In this document: piece by piece, positions 9,372-18,584 of the stretch
Layout of the letters: each line of letters opens with the position of its first letter
How positions within the stretch are numbered: position 1 is the stretch's first letter
Virus record (IMG/VR): IMGVR_UViG_3300040736_000110
Location: 1 to 37,070 of that record
Length of the DNA: 37,070 bases
DNA from: a virus
Taxonomy: Duplodnaviria; Caudoviricetes
Reading direction: 5' to 3' (one strand)
Position numbers and translations under genes: made by a program
The notes under the pieces: model-generated
What the model was told of the DNA's origin: nothing
The model's database searches: none
Seen by the model: the letters and a program-made list of their open reading frames with translations, nothing else

Positions 9372-9614
9372 TTATTTACCAAAGAACATTTCGAGGGCAA
9401 TGCCAAGTAAGAGCAGGAATTGCGAGGTGGAGACGGTTAGCAGTATCTTCATGTTCGTCTCCACTCTCGCCATTCTGGTTACCAGTGACTTATTGCTGTC
9501 ACCATTGCCATAGATCTCCTCGTGAACCGAATCGATTTTCTCCTTGAGCACCCCACAGCACAACGAGTTGTGCTGCGAGGACCCCGCGATCTCAGGTTTG
9601 CACTGGCAGTCCAT
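9372..9614 (-). CDS. Small phage membrane protein (coiled-coil plus C-terminal TM; possible lysis accessory)
   Basis: 80 aa; hydrophobic C-terminus; AAGGA RBS. Confidence 0.6.
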   Translation of the reverse strand: MDCQCKPEIAGSSQHNSLCCGVLKEKIDSVHEEIYGNGDSNKSLVTRMARVETNMKILLTVSTSQFLLLLGIALEMFFGK

Positions 9615-9657
9615 AGCAGTTCCTTGTTTTCGAGTGTAGTTGCGAAGAGCAGTGATC

Positions 9658-10203
9658 TTATACTCCCGGAGGGATATCCTTGAGCAGGAAGATCTTGTTA
9701 GAGGTCACTCCGGAGAACTCGGTGGAGATGACAACGTTGAAGAGGCCATCAGCCTCTCCCGACCAGTCGACTGTCCAGCGGAGTCCCGTGAAGATCACCA
9801 CCCGATCCAGTTCCTTGGAAGCCACAACGATGGTGGTATCCTTGCTCATGAACAGGGTGCTTTCCAGGAAGTTCTTCTGCTTGGTAGAGAGTCCGGAGAT
9901 GTTGAGTTCGACCGTGCTGGTTCTCTTGCCGGGAATGGTGTAGTTACGGGTCTTGAGCTTGGACAGCTTGGAGTCCGTCTTACCGGGCTTCTCGGCCAGT
10001 TCTCCGAGCAGATCGAAGTTGGTGGTCAGTTCCGTCTTGACCGAGCCTTGAGTGGCATACAGTGTATCGATGGAGGCTTGATCATAGGTGCCGATCCCAA
10101 AGTAAACGAGATCGGCAATCAAGACATCCATCAACTTGCTGAAGCTGAGGTCACCCTCGGTCATATTGGATGGATAGGTGGGCTGCGAGATAGGCTGAGG
10201 CAT
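9658..10203 (-). CDS. Putative major tail tube protein
   Basis: 181 aa, beta-rich and Thr/Ser-rich, upstream of the chaperone; function from position only. Confidence 0.5.
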   Translation of the reverse strand: MPQPISQPTYPSNMTEGDLSFSKLMDVLIADLVYFGIGTYDQASIDTLYATQGSVKTELTTNFDLLGELAEKPGKTDSKLSKLKTRNYTIPGKRTSTVELNISGLSTKQKNFLESTLFMSKDTTIVVASKELDRVVIFTGLRWTVDWSGEADGLFNVVISTEFSGVTSNKIFLLKDIPPGV

Positions 10204-10553
10204 CAGAACACCCCTTTGATCGCCTTGCCGATGCTAAAGAGCCATTTGCGGTTGTGGAACACGTATTCGATGGCTCCTCCGATGGTGCCAAAGACCTTGA
10301 GAATGACATTGGTCTGCTTGGCCGGGAGGGACTTGGTAGCCCGTTCCACCGCCAGTTGCTTCTTAGCATAGTCGTCCAGATCCTTGGTGGCAGGATTTAT
10401 CTTGATATCCTGAATGATGTCCAGGATGATGGCCAGAGCTGAGTTGACCTTGGCCTTGTCGATCAGCGTGCCGGTAGTGCGGGAAATGATCCAGACTACC
10501 AGAGCTGAGACCAGACCGAGGATAAACTCCTGATTGGCGAAGATGAAGTCCAT
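10203..10553 (-). CDS. Holin-like membrane protein
   Basis: N-terminal TM segment and KKQLAVE...IEYV pattern reminiscent of LL-H-type holins; AAGGAG RBS. Confidence 0.5.
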   Translation of the reverse strand: MDFIFANQEFILGLVSALVVWIISRTTGTLIDKAKVNSALAIILDIIQDIKINPATKDLDDYAKKQLAVERATKSLPAKQTNVILKVFGTIGGAIEYVFHNRKWLFSIGKAIKGVF

Positions 10554-10581
10554 AGATACTCCTTATCTGTTAGGTTGTTAA

Positions 10582-12312
10582 CTACGTGGTGAGTTTGAAC
10601 ACTTTCACGAAGCCGGAGATGTAGGTGATGCCGGGACGGATACGGATGTACCAGTGGTATTTCCAATCGCTTCCGTGGTGTTCGACTTTGAGTTCGGCAT
10701 CAGTGCGATAGCCGACGATGATGAACTTGGGCAGACCGCCGATGATGTAATCGGCATCCATGAGACGAGGCTTGACCGGGATACCCGCAAAGGAGACGTT
10801 GCCGCCTTCGAGCAGCAGGCGATCTCCGGCTCCGGTCTCACGCTTGGCGAGTTCGGCCCGGATACGGATCAGGTCCTTGTGAGCCACGTAGAACTTGAAG
10901 TTCTCCTGCTCTTCCAACATCTCGTCAGAGAATGCCAGGAGAGCGGCTTCGAAGCGCTTAGCCCAGTCGTTGTAGGTGGTCTTGGAGAGGTTAGCGACGT
11001 CGGTGGCAGTGGTGGCAAGCTTGATCACCCCATCCAGAGCTTTGATCTTGGCGGTGGCAGAAGCCCGGTCACCCTTGAAGAGGAGCAAGCGGATGGCTTT
11101 CTCGGTCTTCTTGGCGATGTGGTTCTCCACATAGGCTCCGAAGGCATCTTCGCCATACTTGTCCTTGTAGAACTCGACCACATCACGACCTAAAGTGAAC
11201 TCAGCATTTAGTATCCCGGTGGGGACCGAGAGGTCGGCAGTAGAGACGTTTTGAGCAGTCAGAGCTCCATCGAGGGAGTTCTTGAAAACCAGGTCATCAA
11301 TTAAGCCGACGTCGATCTTCTCGTCTTTCAGTAGCGGTAGAACCGAGATATCCGAGAGGGTATCACCAGGCTGCGATCCAATCACCTCATCGATAAACAG
11401 GGATGTTGTGTTGGCGGTCAGGATGTTCATGGCCTTGCCGGAGTCCACATCGGAGATACCTTTGTAGATCTCACGGTGGCTGGCCTTGACCATGATCTTG
11501 TTGCCATCGATGGTAACCTCTTTGTCCACATTGGACTGATTAACATCAGGCTCTCCTGGGATGCTCTTGGAGATGGCTCTGCTCATGGTAACGGAGAGGT
11601 CTTTGAGGCTCTTCTCGATGCTCTTTACTGCGTCAGAGACCAGAACTGATCCACTGCTCTTTTCGAGATCTGAGATGCGGCTGGTGATGTTATCGATCCC
11701 CTTCTGCAGATCGGAGTTGTTGTTATGCTCCGCTACTTTACGAAGCGAATTGAGCTCGTTCTTGATCTCGGCCAGGCTCGCTTCCGCACTGCGGTAGTCA
11801 TCGGCCCGTCCGTAGATCGAGACACCATTGAACTCGCCTTTCTCGACCTTCTGCCAGAGATCGGAGTTGAGATCTTCGCATTTCAGCACCTGGACCCAGG
11901 CTCCCACCTTGGTATCAGGGAAGTGCTCCCTGTCACTGGTCTTGAGGATGTAGTTCTCGACCACGGTGAACTCAGGCACCGGTTGCATGTTGTGATTGAC
12001 GTCACACTTGCCCACCAGTCCATGCCTGGCGAAGTGATCGCAGGCCTTCTGAATCTCTTCCCGGGTATAATAGTCCCCCTGGGAGTCATGGATGTTTGGT
12101 TCCATCAGAGTGACGTAAAGCCGTCCTTGAGTCCCACTCGTTTCACTCTTGAACTTGGTGGAGTTGATCTTGTGTTCAAAGCTTCTGCCTGAGGCATTCT
12201 TGACCACAAAGCCCTTCTGATTGGCGGGCGTCATCTCATCGAACAGAAGTGAGACTAACTCGACTTCCACGTTGCGAAGTTCTCCCTTTTGAATGGTGCG
12301 TTTACGATTCAC
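10582..12312 (-). CDS. Fused XkdF-like prohead protease/scaffold/major capsid protein
   Basis: GTG start with AAAGGAGG RBS; N-terminal VSL..PAN, HDSQGD, DVNH, GAW, GEFNGVSIYG motifs; coiled-coil linker; capsid-like C-terminal ~300 aa. Confidence 0.75.
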   Translation of the reverse strand: MNRKRTIQKGELRNVEVELVSLLFDEMTPANQKGFVVKNASGRSFEHKINSTKFKSETSGTQGRLYVTLMEPNIHDSQGDYYTREEIQKACDHFARHGLVGKCDVNHNMQPVPEFTVVENYILKTSDREHFPDTKVGAWVQVLKCEDLNSDLWQKVEKGEFNGVSIYGRADDYRSAEASLAEIKNELNSLRKVAEHNNNSDLQKGIDNITSRISDLEKSSGSVLVSDAVKSIEKSLKDLSVTMSRAISKSIPGEPDVNQSNVDKEVTIDGNKIMVKASHREIYKGISDVDSGKAMNILTANTTSLFIDEVIGSQPGDTLSDISVLPLLKDEKIDVGLIDDLVFKNSLDGALTAQNVSTADLSVPTGILNAEFTLGRDVVEFYKDKYGEDAFGAYVENHIAKKTEKAIRLLLFKGDRASATAKIKALDGVIKLATTATDVANLSKTTYNDWAKRFEAALLAFSDEMLEEQENFKFYVAHKDLIRIRAELAKRETGAGDRLLLEGGNVSFAGIPVKPRLMDADYIIGGLPKFIIVGYRTDAELKVEHHGSDWKYHWYIRIRPGITYISGFVKVFKLTT

Positions 12313-12385
12313 GCTACCTCCTTTGGTATTGTTGATTAGCTGTTTGTCAGTTATGTAGTTGTGCATAGTTATTGCGCTCCGAAGC

Positions 12386-13573
12386 CTACAGGTTCCGGTT
12401 CTGCATGAAAAGTTGCTCATCAGCGGTCTGCAGTACCTCGGTTAGGTTGCCGAAGTTGAAGTCCTCCGGCTTCACGTTCCAGCCGAAGTCGAAGTTGAAC
12501 TCGTTCGCCAAAGCCAAAGCCAGGCGATTCTGCAACGGTCTGACCACGAACTGGTAGAACATCCGCATATCGCTACTATTATCGCCACCAAGCTGCCCAG
12601 GAATGAGTTGTGAGACGATTCTGGCTGGTACCCGGTGATAGGCGAGGATGCCTTCTCTGAGATCTTTCTTGAGTCCTAAGAATCCTCCTTCCCTGTCTTG
12701 CTGGCGTAGCGGTTCGAGACGTATCTTCACGTCCCGGCTCTCACTCTCGATCAAGACTGTGGAATGGCTCTTGGCATTGCCTTTGACCTCGGTTAAAGCC
12801 TTCTCGATCTCGGTATAGGCATCGGTAAGCACTTCATTGCCAGCTTCGTCAGTGACAGTCCCATCTCTAAGTGTACCACCTTCAACGATCACGAAATAGT
12901 CGATCATGAGGCCGTTCTTGAAGTTGTTGTAGTCGAAGGTCTTGATCTCGCCCAAGATCTCGATATTGATGGCTATGGGCAGGCATGCCAGGCCCCAGGC
13001 ATTAGATCTATGTGTGGACTTCTTCACGTGAATGATATCCTCGTAAGCGAAGTCCTTCTTCTGGTTGTTCTTGACCTGGATGTAGTTGGGCTTGAAGAAG
13101 CCGAACTCGTCATAGTTTTCCACGATCTGCACTTCTGAGGGCAGCATGCGCTCCAGACCCATCCACTGGCCTTGAGCGTTCCGCATTTTGATCAGGAAGC
13201 CGTTACCACAGGCTAGGTAGAACTTCATCAGCTCAGCCAGGATAGTGGTCTGGTCTTCACAGGCAGGGAACTCAGCATCAACCATCCAGGCCTTAACTTG
13301 ACTGTTCTTGCAGTCGAACTGCATGATAGTAGCCATAGTCAGGGCATCGATGCATCCGGAGTGGTACTCATCGGTATCCAGGAGATTAAGCAGGTTACTC
13401 ATCGAGTAGGGCTGAGACACCACTTTCTTAATCTCGGCAGCTTTACTTACAAGTTGCTTGCCGATCCGCTGACACTTGGATAGATCTATGGGTTCTGGCT
13501 TATACTTGGTCTCCAGTAAATCACTAGCGGAGCTGATCGCCAGGTTATGGGCACCTAATCGTATCACTCTCAT
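12386..13573 (-). CDS. Phage portal protein (PBSX/P2-like)
   Basis: YLACGNGF, DIIHVK, WGL, NFKNG, ILAYHRVP..I motifs. Confidence 0.85.
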   Translation of the reverse strand: MRVIRLGAHNLAISSASDLLETKYKPEPIDLSKCQRIGKQLVSKAAEIKKVVSQPYSMSNLLNLLDTDEYHSGCIDALTMATIMQFDCKNSQVKAWMVDAEFPACEDQTTILAELMKFYLACGNGFLIKMRNAQGQWMGLERMLPSEVQIVENYDEFGFFKPNYIQVKNNQKKDFAYEDIIHVKKSTHRSNAWGLACLPIAINIEILGEIKTFDYNNFKNGLMIDYFVIVEGGTLRDGTVTDEAGNEVLTDAYTEIEKALTEVKGNAKSHSTVLIESESRDVKIRLEPLRQQDREGGFLGLKKDLREGILAYHRVPARIVSQLIPGQLGGDNSSDMRMFYQFVVRPLQNRLALALANEFNFDFGWNVKPEDFNFGNLTEVLQTADEQLFMQNRNL

Positions 13574-13971
13574 GAGCCCGCTCCGGTGCCGCTTTTCAGC
13601 AGGTCGATCTTGGCGATCCTTACCAGGCGTGTGCCATCGATGCGGCTGGTGTAGTACTCCACACTTGGCAGGTCCCGGTTCATCAACTTCTGATAATAAC
13701 TCCGGAACTTCTCCTTGAGTGAATATAGATCAGAGTCTGGATCGGATACGTTCTGGGCATTGACGATCAGGAAGACCGTCCAGGCGATATCGGTGTCCAC
13801 ATACTGCCGAGAAGTGCCATGCTTGCCTGTCTCGGAATCGAGGATCAGGATGGCGCAAGGCAGGTTCTTGGGGATGTTGTCCTTGTTGTAGAGTATCTCA
13901 GCCACTCCTGCCAGTTTCAATGACTCAGAGATGCGGCTGCGTTCAGCTTGGTACTTCTCAAGTGCGGTCAC
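13570..13971 (-). CDS. Putative tail terminator/neck protein
   Basis: GTG start overlapping upstream TGA with GAGGTG RBS; LPCAIL motif; position. Confidence 0.5.
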   Translation of the reverse strand: MTALEKYQAERSRISESLKLAGVAEILYNKDNIPKNLPCAILILDSETGKHGTSRQYVDTDIAWTVFLIVNAQNVSDPDSDLYSLKEKFRSYYQKLMNRDLPSVEYYTSRIDGTRLVRIAKIDLLKSGTGAGS

Positions 13972-14456
13972 AGGCTCACCTCGATATCGTTCAACTGCTG
14001 ATATATCCACTGCTCCCGGTTCGCTATGACAGATGCGAACACATTACGGGCAGCAATACCTTCCCGCTTGATCTTGCCCCGGATGAGATAGGCGATCTCG
14101 GCTACGGTCAGAGCTTTACCTGTCTCTTTATCAGTCCAAGACAGGTGCTTGCGTTCGACCCAAGCAATGAGGGGAGCGATCGGAGTCCAGGAAGGCACTT
14201 TGCCACCCAAAACGAAAGGCTCGTGTTTCACGTTGGAGCCCACTCTCAGAGTCATGCCGGAGTCGTCGGTTTCCACTACGTAGCCCGTGTTTCCATAGAA
14301 ATCGCCTTTATCGTAAATCTGCTGTGCCAGGATCTCCTTGCGGGACTCAGCATCGATAACAGAACCGATCAGGTGCAGACGGCTCTCCAGAGCGGCATAG
14401 ATAGCCCGGTAGATCTCCCGCATCAGTTCATCCGGAGTGGTATAGCTATCAGGCAT
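13968..14456 (-). CDS. Putative neck/tail-completion protein (HK97 gp10/Mu gpG-like)
   Basis: DKGDF, VGSNVKHEPFV..G, I.REGIAARNVF pattern. Confidence 0.6.
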   Translation of the reverse strand: MPDSYTTPDELMREIYRAIYAALESRLHLIGSVIDAESRKEILAQQIYDKGDFYGNTGYVVETDDSGMTLRVGSNVKHEPFVLGGKVPSWTPIAPLIAWVERKHLSWTDKETGKALTVAEIAYLIRGKIKREGIAARNVFASVIANREQWIYQQLNDIEVSL

Positions 14457-14914
14457 CAGATCACTCCCACCCGGATTAGGCGAGGCTGTCTGGGTTTGAG
14501 TTCGTTCAAGCGATCCAGGCCAGTTTGATTGAGATAGGAACTCAAGACGGTCAGTGCTCTTAGCTCAAGGTTAGCTTTGAATGCGTCTATTTCGCTCCCT
14601 GTGAGCAATTCGGTAGCAGACTGGTCTAATCCTACGGTCTTGACGATTCCCTCGCCCAGGGTCTTTAAATTGAGAAACTCACACGTACTGTGCAGCATCA
14701 GGAAACAGAACCCAAAACGAAAAGAGATCAACAGAGGGTCATCCTCTGGCATGTCTTCCTGGATAGCCCGGGTATAGTGTTCCGGGAACACAACAGACCG
14801 AACCATCTCCAGAACTAAAGTCCTATGCTCTTTGAAGATGCCGTTATCACCCATCTCCTTGGGGAGATTGAGTATAGCGAGCATGGCATCAATCTCGACC
14901 GGGGTCGGTATCAC
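14456..14914 (-). CDS. Putative head-tail adaptor
   Basis: 152 aa helical protein in coupled late operon; function by position. Confidence 0.45.
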   Translation of the reverse strand: MIPTPVEIDAMLAILNLPKEMGDNGIFKEHRTLVLEMVRSVVFPEHYTRAIQEDMPEDDPLLISFRFGFCFLMLHSTCEFLNLKTLGEGIVKTVGLDQSATELLTGSEIDAFKANLELRALTVLSSYLNQTGLDRLNELKPRQPRLIRVGVI

Positions 14915-15336
14915 TTGCCTTTCCTCATCAGCTCAGATAGTTCAATAGCTCTGCGGCCAACCTGCTTCGCCCACTTAGATGCAAGCATGCCATTAGCAGC
15001 TCGTTCCCAGTCGCCTGCAGCAATGAAAGCAAGGGTATTGTTGAAACTAAGCAGCCCACCAATACCGAGATTGAAACACATGTTCAGCAGCACCGACTTG
15101 CGGACTTCATCCAAAGCATTGTAGATCTCAGGTATCTCATCCAATAGCTGTTTCTCGCAGTTCTGGATATCATTCTCCAAGAGCACATAAGCTTCTGTCT
15201 GGGAGATACCACATTCATCGAGATTGCGACCGATACCAATCGTCAGCTTGCCTGCCGTACAGCGATAAGGCTGGAGCCTCAGACCTTCGTGTCTGACTAA
15301 TTGTTCTTTGATGCGATTCAACAGTGACTCGGTCAT
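14911..15336 (-). CDS. Endolysin, T4-type lysozyme (GH24-like)
   Basis: HEGLRL.PY.C..G..TIGIG, VLLNMCFNLG, ML.SKWAKQVG.RA motifs; AAGGAG RBS. Confidence 0.9.
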   Translation of the reverse strand: MTESLLNRIKEQLVRHEGLRLQPYRCTAGKLTIGIGRNLDECGISQTEAYVLLENDIQNCEKQLLDEIPEIYNALDEVRKSVLLNMCFNLGIGGLLSFNNTLAFIAAGDWERAANGMLASKWAKQVGRRAIELSELMRKGK

Positions 15337-15401
15337 GCTAACTCCTTGTTCCGGTTGTGATCATTGATCCAGAGCCAGGAATGCACTCCCCTGTTTGCTG
15401 A

Positions 15402-15428
15402 CAAATACGGATGAGCAAGGATGAGACA
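15402..15428 (-). promoter_or_regulatory. Putative late-operon regulatory motif, copy A
   Basis: 21/27 identity with 27988-28014; 66 nt upstream of lysozyme start. Confidence 0.55.
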
Positions 15429-15530
15429 AAAAAATAGTTCTTGACATAAAAATAGGCGTAGAATAGGAAGAAAGCGTTGGCTGTTTTATTATACTTTCGC
15501 ATTTAATTATGTCCCATAGGTTAGGTTGAT

Positions 15531-17162
15531 ATGAAATTAAAAGATGCTGTGTTGGTTTTGATTGTTCTGTTCTACGCTGAAATCACTGAACAGTGCTATG
15601 CCCAGTCTGCACTACTGGAAATTGTGAGATTTGATCTCATTGGTAATGTTGATGGGTTCAGCCAATCTGATCCTGGTGGCGACATCAATGGCGACGGTAG
15701 GCCAGACTTGGTTTTTAGCTATTGGAACCAGGGAGAATTTGATGCCGATGTTTACATCTATCACAGCATTCCCGATAGCACCGCTGTTCCTGATCAGGTA
15801 TTATCTCAAAGTGATGGACTTGGCTATAGTATTGCCTATGCTGGAGATCTGAACGGAGACGGGGTTGACGACCTCGTGCTTGGATCACCAGATTATGGCA
15901 TTATACATCAGGGTGCGATTGCCATTTATTGGGGAGGAACCACCCTTTCTGCGCAGCCGGATGTCTTTATTGATGGCTATCCCTTTGGATATACCCAGAG
16001 TTGGGATTTATGTTTCGGGCAGAATCTCATCACTCATTGCGACGTAAATGGTGACGGAATAAACGACCTGCTTGTCTATGCTTCAGGACCACAATATGAG
16101 AATTGGGGTAATGTTTACGTCTTTTTGGGCGGAACGCCGTTTAGTACAACTCCAGCATTGCACATTCGGGGTAGTATAATATACGAGTACTTAGGCAAGT
16201 CGATGGCATCAGGAGATATAAATGGCGATGGTTTTGATGACATAATAGTATGTAGTTCCAGGCGAACCCCTCCCCCTCCTGATGAGTCTGAAGGACATGT
16301 CTATGACTTGAAGATTTATGCTGGTGGCGTCAATCTGAGTAATGTGCCTGTGTATGAATCTCAAGTAGCAAGTTATACAACTGAAAGCTCTATTTCAGGC
16401 ATGATTGCCCATGGGGATTTAAACGGAGATGGAATGTCCGATATTACAATGCTGTATAATTATGCTGAAGGAAGAAGATTAAAAATCCTATATGGACAAC
16501 CTGCTTGGGCTGGACTGACACTCTATGAAGCAGAATTTAATCTATCGGATTTATTCTGGCTATATTCTTATTGTAACCTAATCGATGATCAGTATTCAGA
16601 CTTGTTATTTTATTCACATTATATTCCTGGCACATCAGTAGATTATGGTTCTATTTGCATTCTTGAGCAAACAAGTCCAGCGTTGGATTTAAACATTGAT
16701 TACGTAAACTCAGATTATAGCGAGACCCACTATTATGGCAGTACTTGCTATGAAATAGGAGACATGAATCGGGACGGATACAACGAGTTCCTTGTTTGTG
16801 CATTTAACCATTCAAGTACTGGACTACCCAGCTATGTAAAAATACTTAGCCAGAGTTATACCGGAATAGATGACGATGTCTTGCCAGTACAGGATATTGG
16901 AATAGATTGTTACCCCAATCCTTTTAGCCAAGCTATGACAATCTCCCTTGCTAAGGAGGCTAGCAGGGAAAAGATCAAGAATCTAAAGATATATAATCTG
17001 AAGGGAAGATTAGTATATGAGACCAATCTTGTAGGATTGAACTCATATCAGTGGGACGGAAATGATAGCATGGGAAAGCCCATAAGCTCCGGATTATACT
17101 TCTTGCAAGCTACGGATACTGACAATAAGAAACATCTGGCCAAGATTGTCCGGATGAGATAA
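15531..17162 (+). CDS. Secreted FG-GAP repeat (beta-propeller) protein with C-terminal FlgD-Ig/T9SS-like domain
   Basis: Signal peptide; six GD.NGDG..D-type repeats; YPNPF...IYNLKG...WDG.D..G....SGLYF tail. Confidence 0.88.
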   Translation: MKLKDAVLVLIVLFYAEITEQCYAQSALLEIVRFDLIGNVDGFSQSDPGGDINGDGRPDLVFSYWNQGEFDADVYIYHSIPDSTAVPDQVLSQSDGLGYSIAYAGDLNGDGVDDLVLGSPDYGIIHQGAIAIYWGGTTLSAQPDVFIDGYPFGYTQSWDLCFGQNLITHCDVNGDGINDLLVYASGPQYENWGNVYVFLGGTPFSTTPALHIRGSIIYEYLGKSMASGDINGDGFDDIIVCSSRRTPPPPDESEGHVYDLKIYAGGVNLSNVPVYESQVASYTTESSISGMIAHGDLNGDGMSDITMLYNYAEGRRLKILYGQPAWAGLTLYEAEFNLSDLFWLYSYCNLIDDQYSDLLFYSHYIPGTSVDYGSICILEQTSPALDLNIDYVNSDYSETHYYGSTCYEIGDMNRDGYNEFLVCAFNHSSTGLPSYVKILSQSYTGIDDDVLPVQDIGIDCYPNPFSQAMTISLAKEASREKIKNLKIYNLKGRLVYETNLVGLNSYQWDGNDSMGKPISSGLYFLQATDTDNKKHLAKIVRMR

Positions 17163-17181
17163 AACATACAATGGAGGAATC

Positions 17182-18558
17182 ATGAAGCACCTAGTTGCAA
17201 CACTGATCTTGATAGCGGTCTTTTGTATCACTCTTACCGCTACTAGTCATTCTGAAGCGTTTAGTATTGGCGAAGTCTCGATTCTGTCAAATGATCGAGG
17301 ATTTCAAGAAATCGGTCTACTGGATTTTGGAAAAACAGGTGTCATTGGTAATCCTGATTTGCCCGGGAAAGTAGTTAGTTTTATCATACCTGCAAACCAA
17401 GACGCCTGCAACTTATCTGCTAGCGTTAGTAGCACGTATCTAGATGGAACGTTTAATGTAATGCCTCTTCAGACTGCTGAATACTATAATGGTGACAGTA
17501 GCAATTTCACCGATCCCAATCCAGCTGTCTATTCATGCGATCAATTCTTTCCTCAGAATTATGCCGAGATAATTAGCCAAGGATATCTTGACGGGGCTAA
17601 CCACATAGTAAGTGTCCGGTTAAATCCTATACGATACAACCCGGTGACACAGGTTGTTGAATTTGTTAACAATCTTTATATCAGCTTTAGTCTTACCTCA
17701 TCAAGTTCTCAGCCTATCTATCCGAAAAAGAGATTCGCTATTGATGCTCCTAAATATGAGGCATATCTCTACAACCTAGTAGAAAACACAGATGACATTG
17801 CGAATTACAGGAATGTACCCGATATCGAGGTAGATCCAAACGGGCCAGAAGATTTCAACTACTTGATCATTTGTCCCGATGATATTGAAATTGGAGAAGA
17901 CAGCCCTTTTGCCGAGTTTGTACAGTGGAAGGAGCAAAAAGGGCACCATGTGAGGTTGATGACCTGTAATCAGATAGCAAATAATACAGATGCCGGGAAT
18001 GGAGATGATATAGGTACCTTAATAAACGACACCCCCGGGAAGATAAGGAAGTACTTAAAACACCATTGGGAAAACCATGGATTGGCAAATGTACTATTAG
18101 TAGGGGGCAAAGAAGACGATGACGAAGATTTGGATTTGATTAGATATGCTTATGATATGGTTGACTATATACCTGGTTCATTTCCAGCTGTAAAAAAGTA
18201 TCCATCTGATGTGTATTTTGCAGAATTTCAGGGGTCTTGGAACAATGATGGTGATGTTTATTATGGTGAGTTCGGTAATAATATCCAGGGAACAGGTCAG
18301 CCAGACGCGGTTCAGTTTTTTCAGGAATTGTTTATAGGGAGAGTTATCCTGCCTCCGCCCCCTAGCAGCAATCCCCCAGCCGATTCTCCAACTCGTCAAG
18401 AAGCAGTTCTGAACTGGGTTGACAAAGTAATTACCTATGAAAAAGGACCGGGTAGTGGTTTTGATGGGTATTTGGAAAAATGCTATTCCCTGAGTGCGAG
18501 TAGCATTAATTCTTCTGCATCAACCGTTCTTGTAAACATGGTTTTGATAGGCTTCTAG
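17182..18558 (+). CDS. Gingipain-like C25 peptidase, N-terminal part (signal, propeptide, start of catalytic domain)
   Basis: G.PDLP propeptide, YLII, FVQWKEQKG, VLLVG, SDVYFA, FIGRV, K.I.YE motifs; GGAGG RBS. Confidence 0.8.
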   Translation: MKHLVATLILIAVFCITLTATSHSEAFSIGEVSILSNDRGFQEIGLLDFGKTGVIGNPDLPGKVVSFIIPANQDACNLSASVSSTYLDGTFNVMPLQTAEYYNGDSSNFTDPNPAVYSCDQFFPQNYAEIISQGYLDGANHIVSVRLNPIRYNPVTQVVEFVNNLYISFSLTSSSSQPIYPKKRFAIDAPKYEAYLYNLVENTDDIANYRNVPDIEVDPNGPEDFNYLIICPDDIEIGEDSPFAEFVQWKEQKGHHVRLMTCNQIANNTDAGNGDDIGTLINDTPGKIRKYLKHHWENHGLANVLLVGGKEDDDEDLDLIRYAYDMVDYIPGSFPAVKKYPSDVYFAEFQGSWNNDGDVYYGEFGNNIQGTGQPDAVQFFQELFIGRVILPPPPSSNPPADSPTRQEAVLNWVDKVITYEKGPGSGFDGYLEKCYSLSASSINSSASTVLVNMVLIGF

Positions 18559-18584
18559 TTACCGACTCTTTTATTGACGGTGAT

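Noticed and set aside
12313-12420. N-terminal extension of the protease-capsid ORF
   Set aside because: It overlaps the portal end; a strong AAAGGAGG precedes the GTG at 12312.
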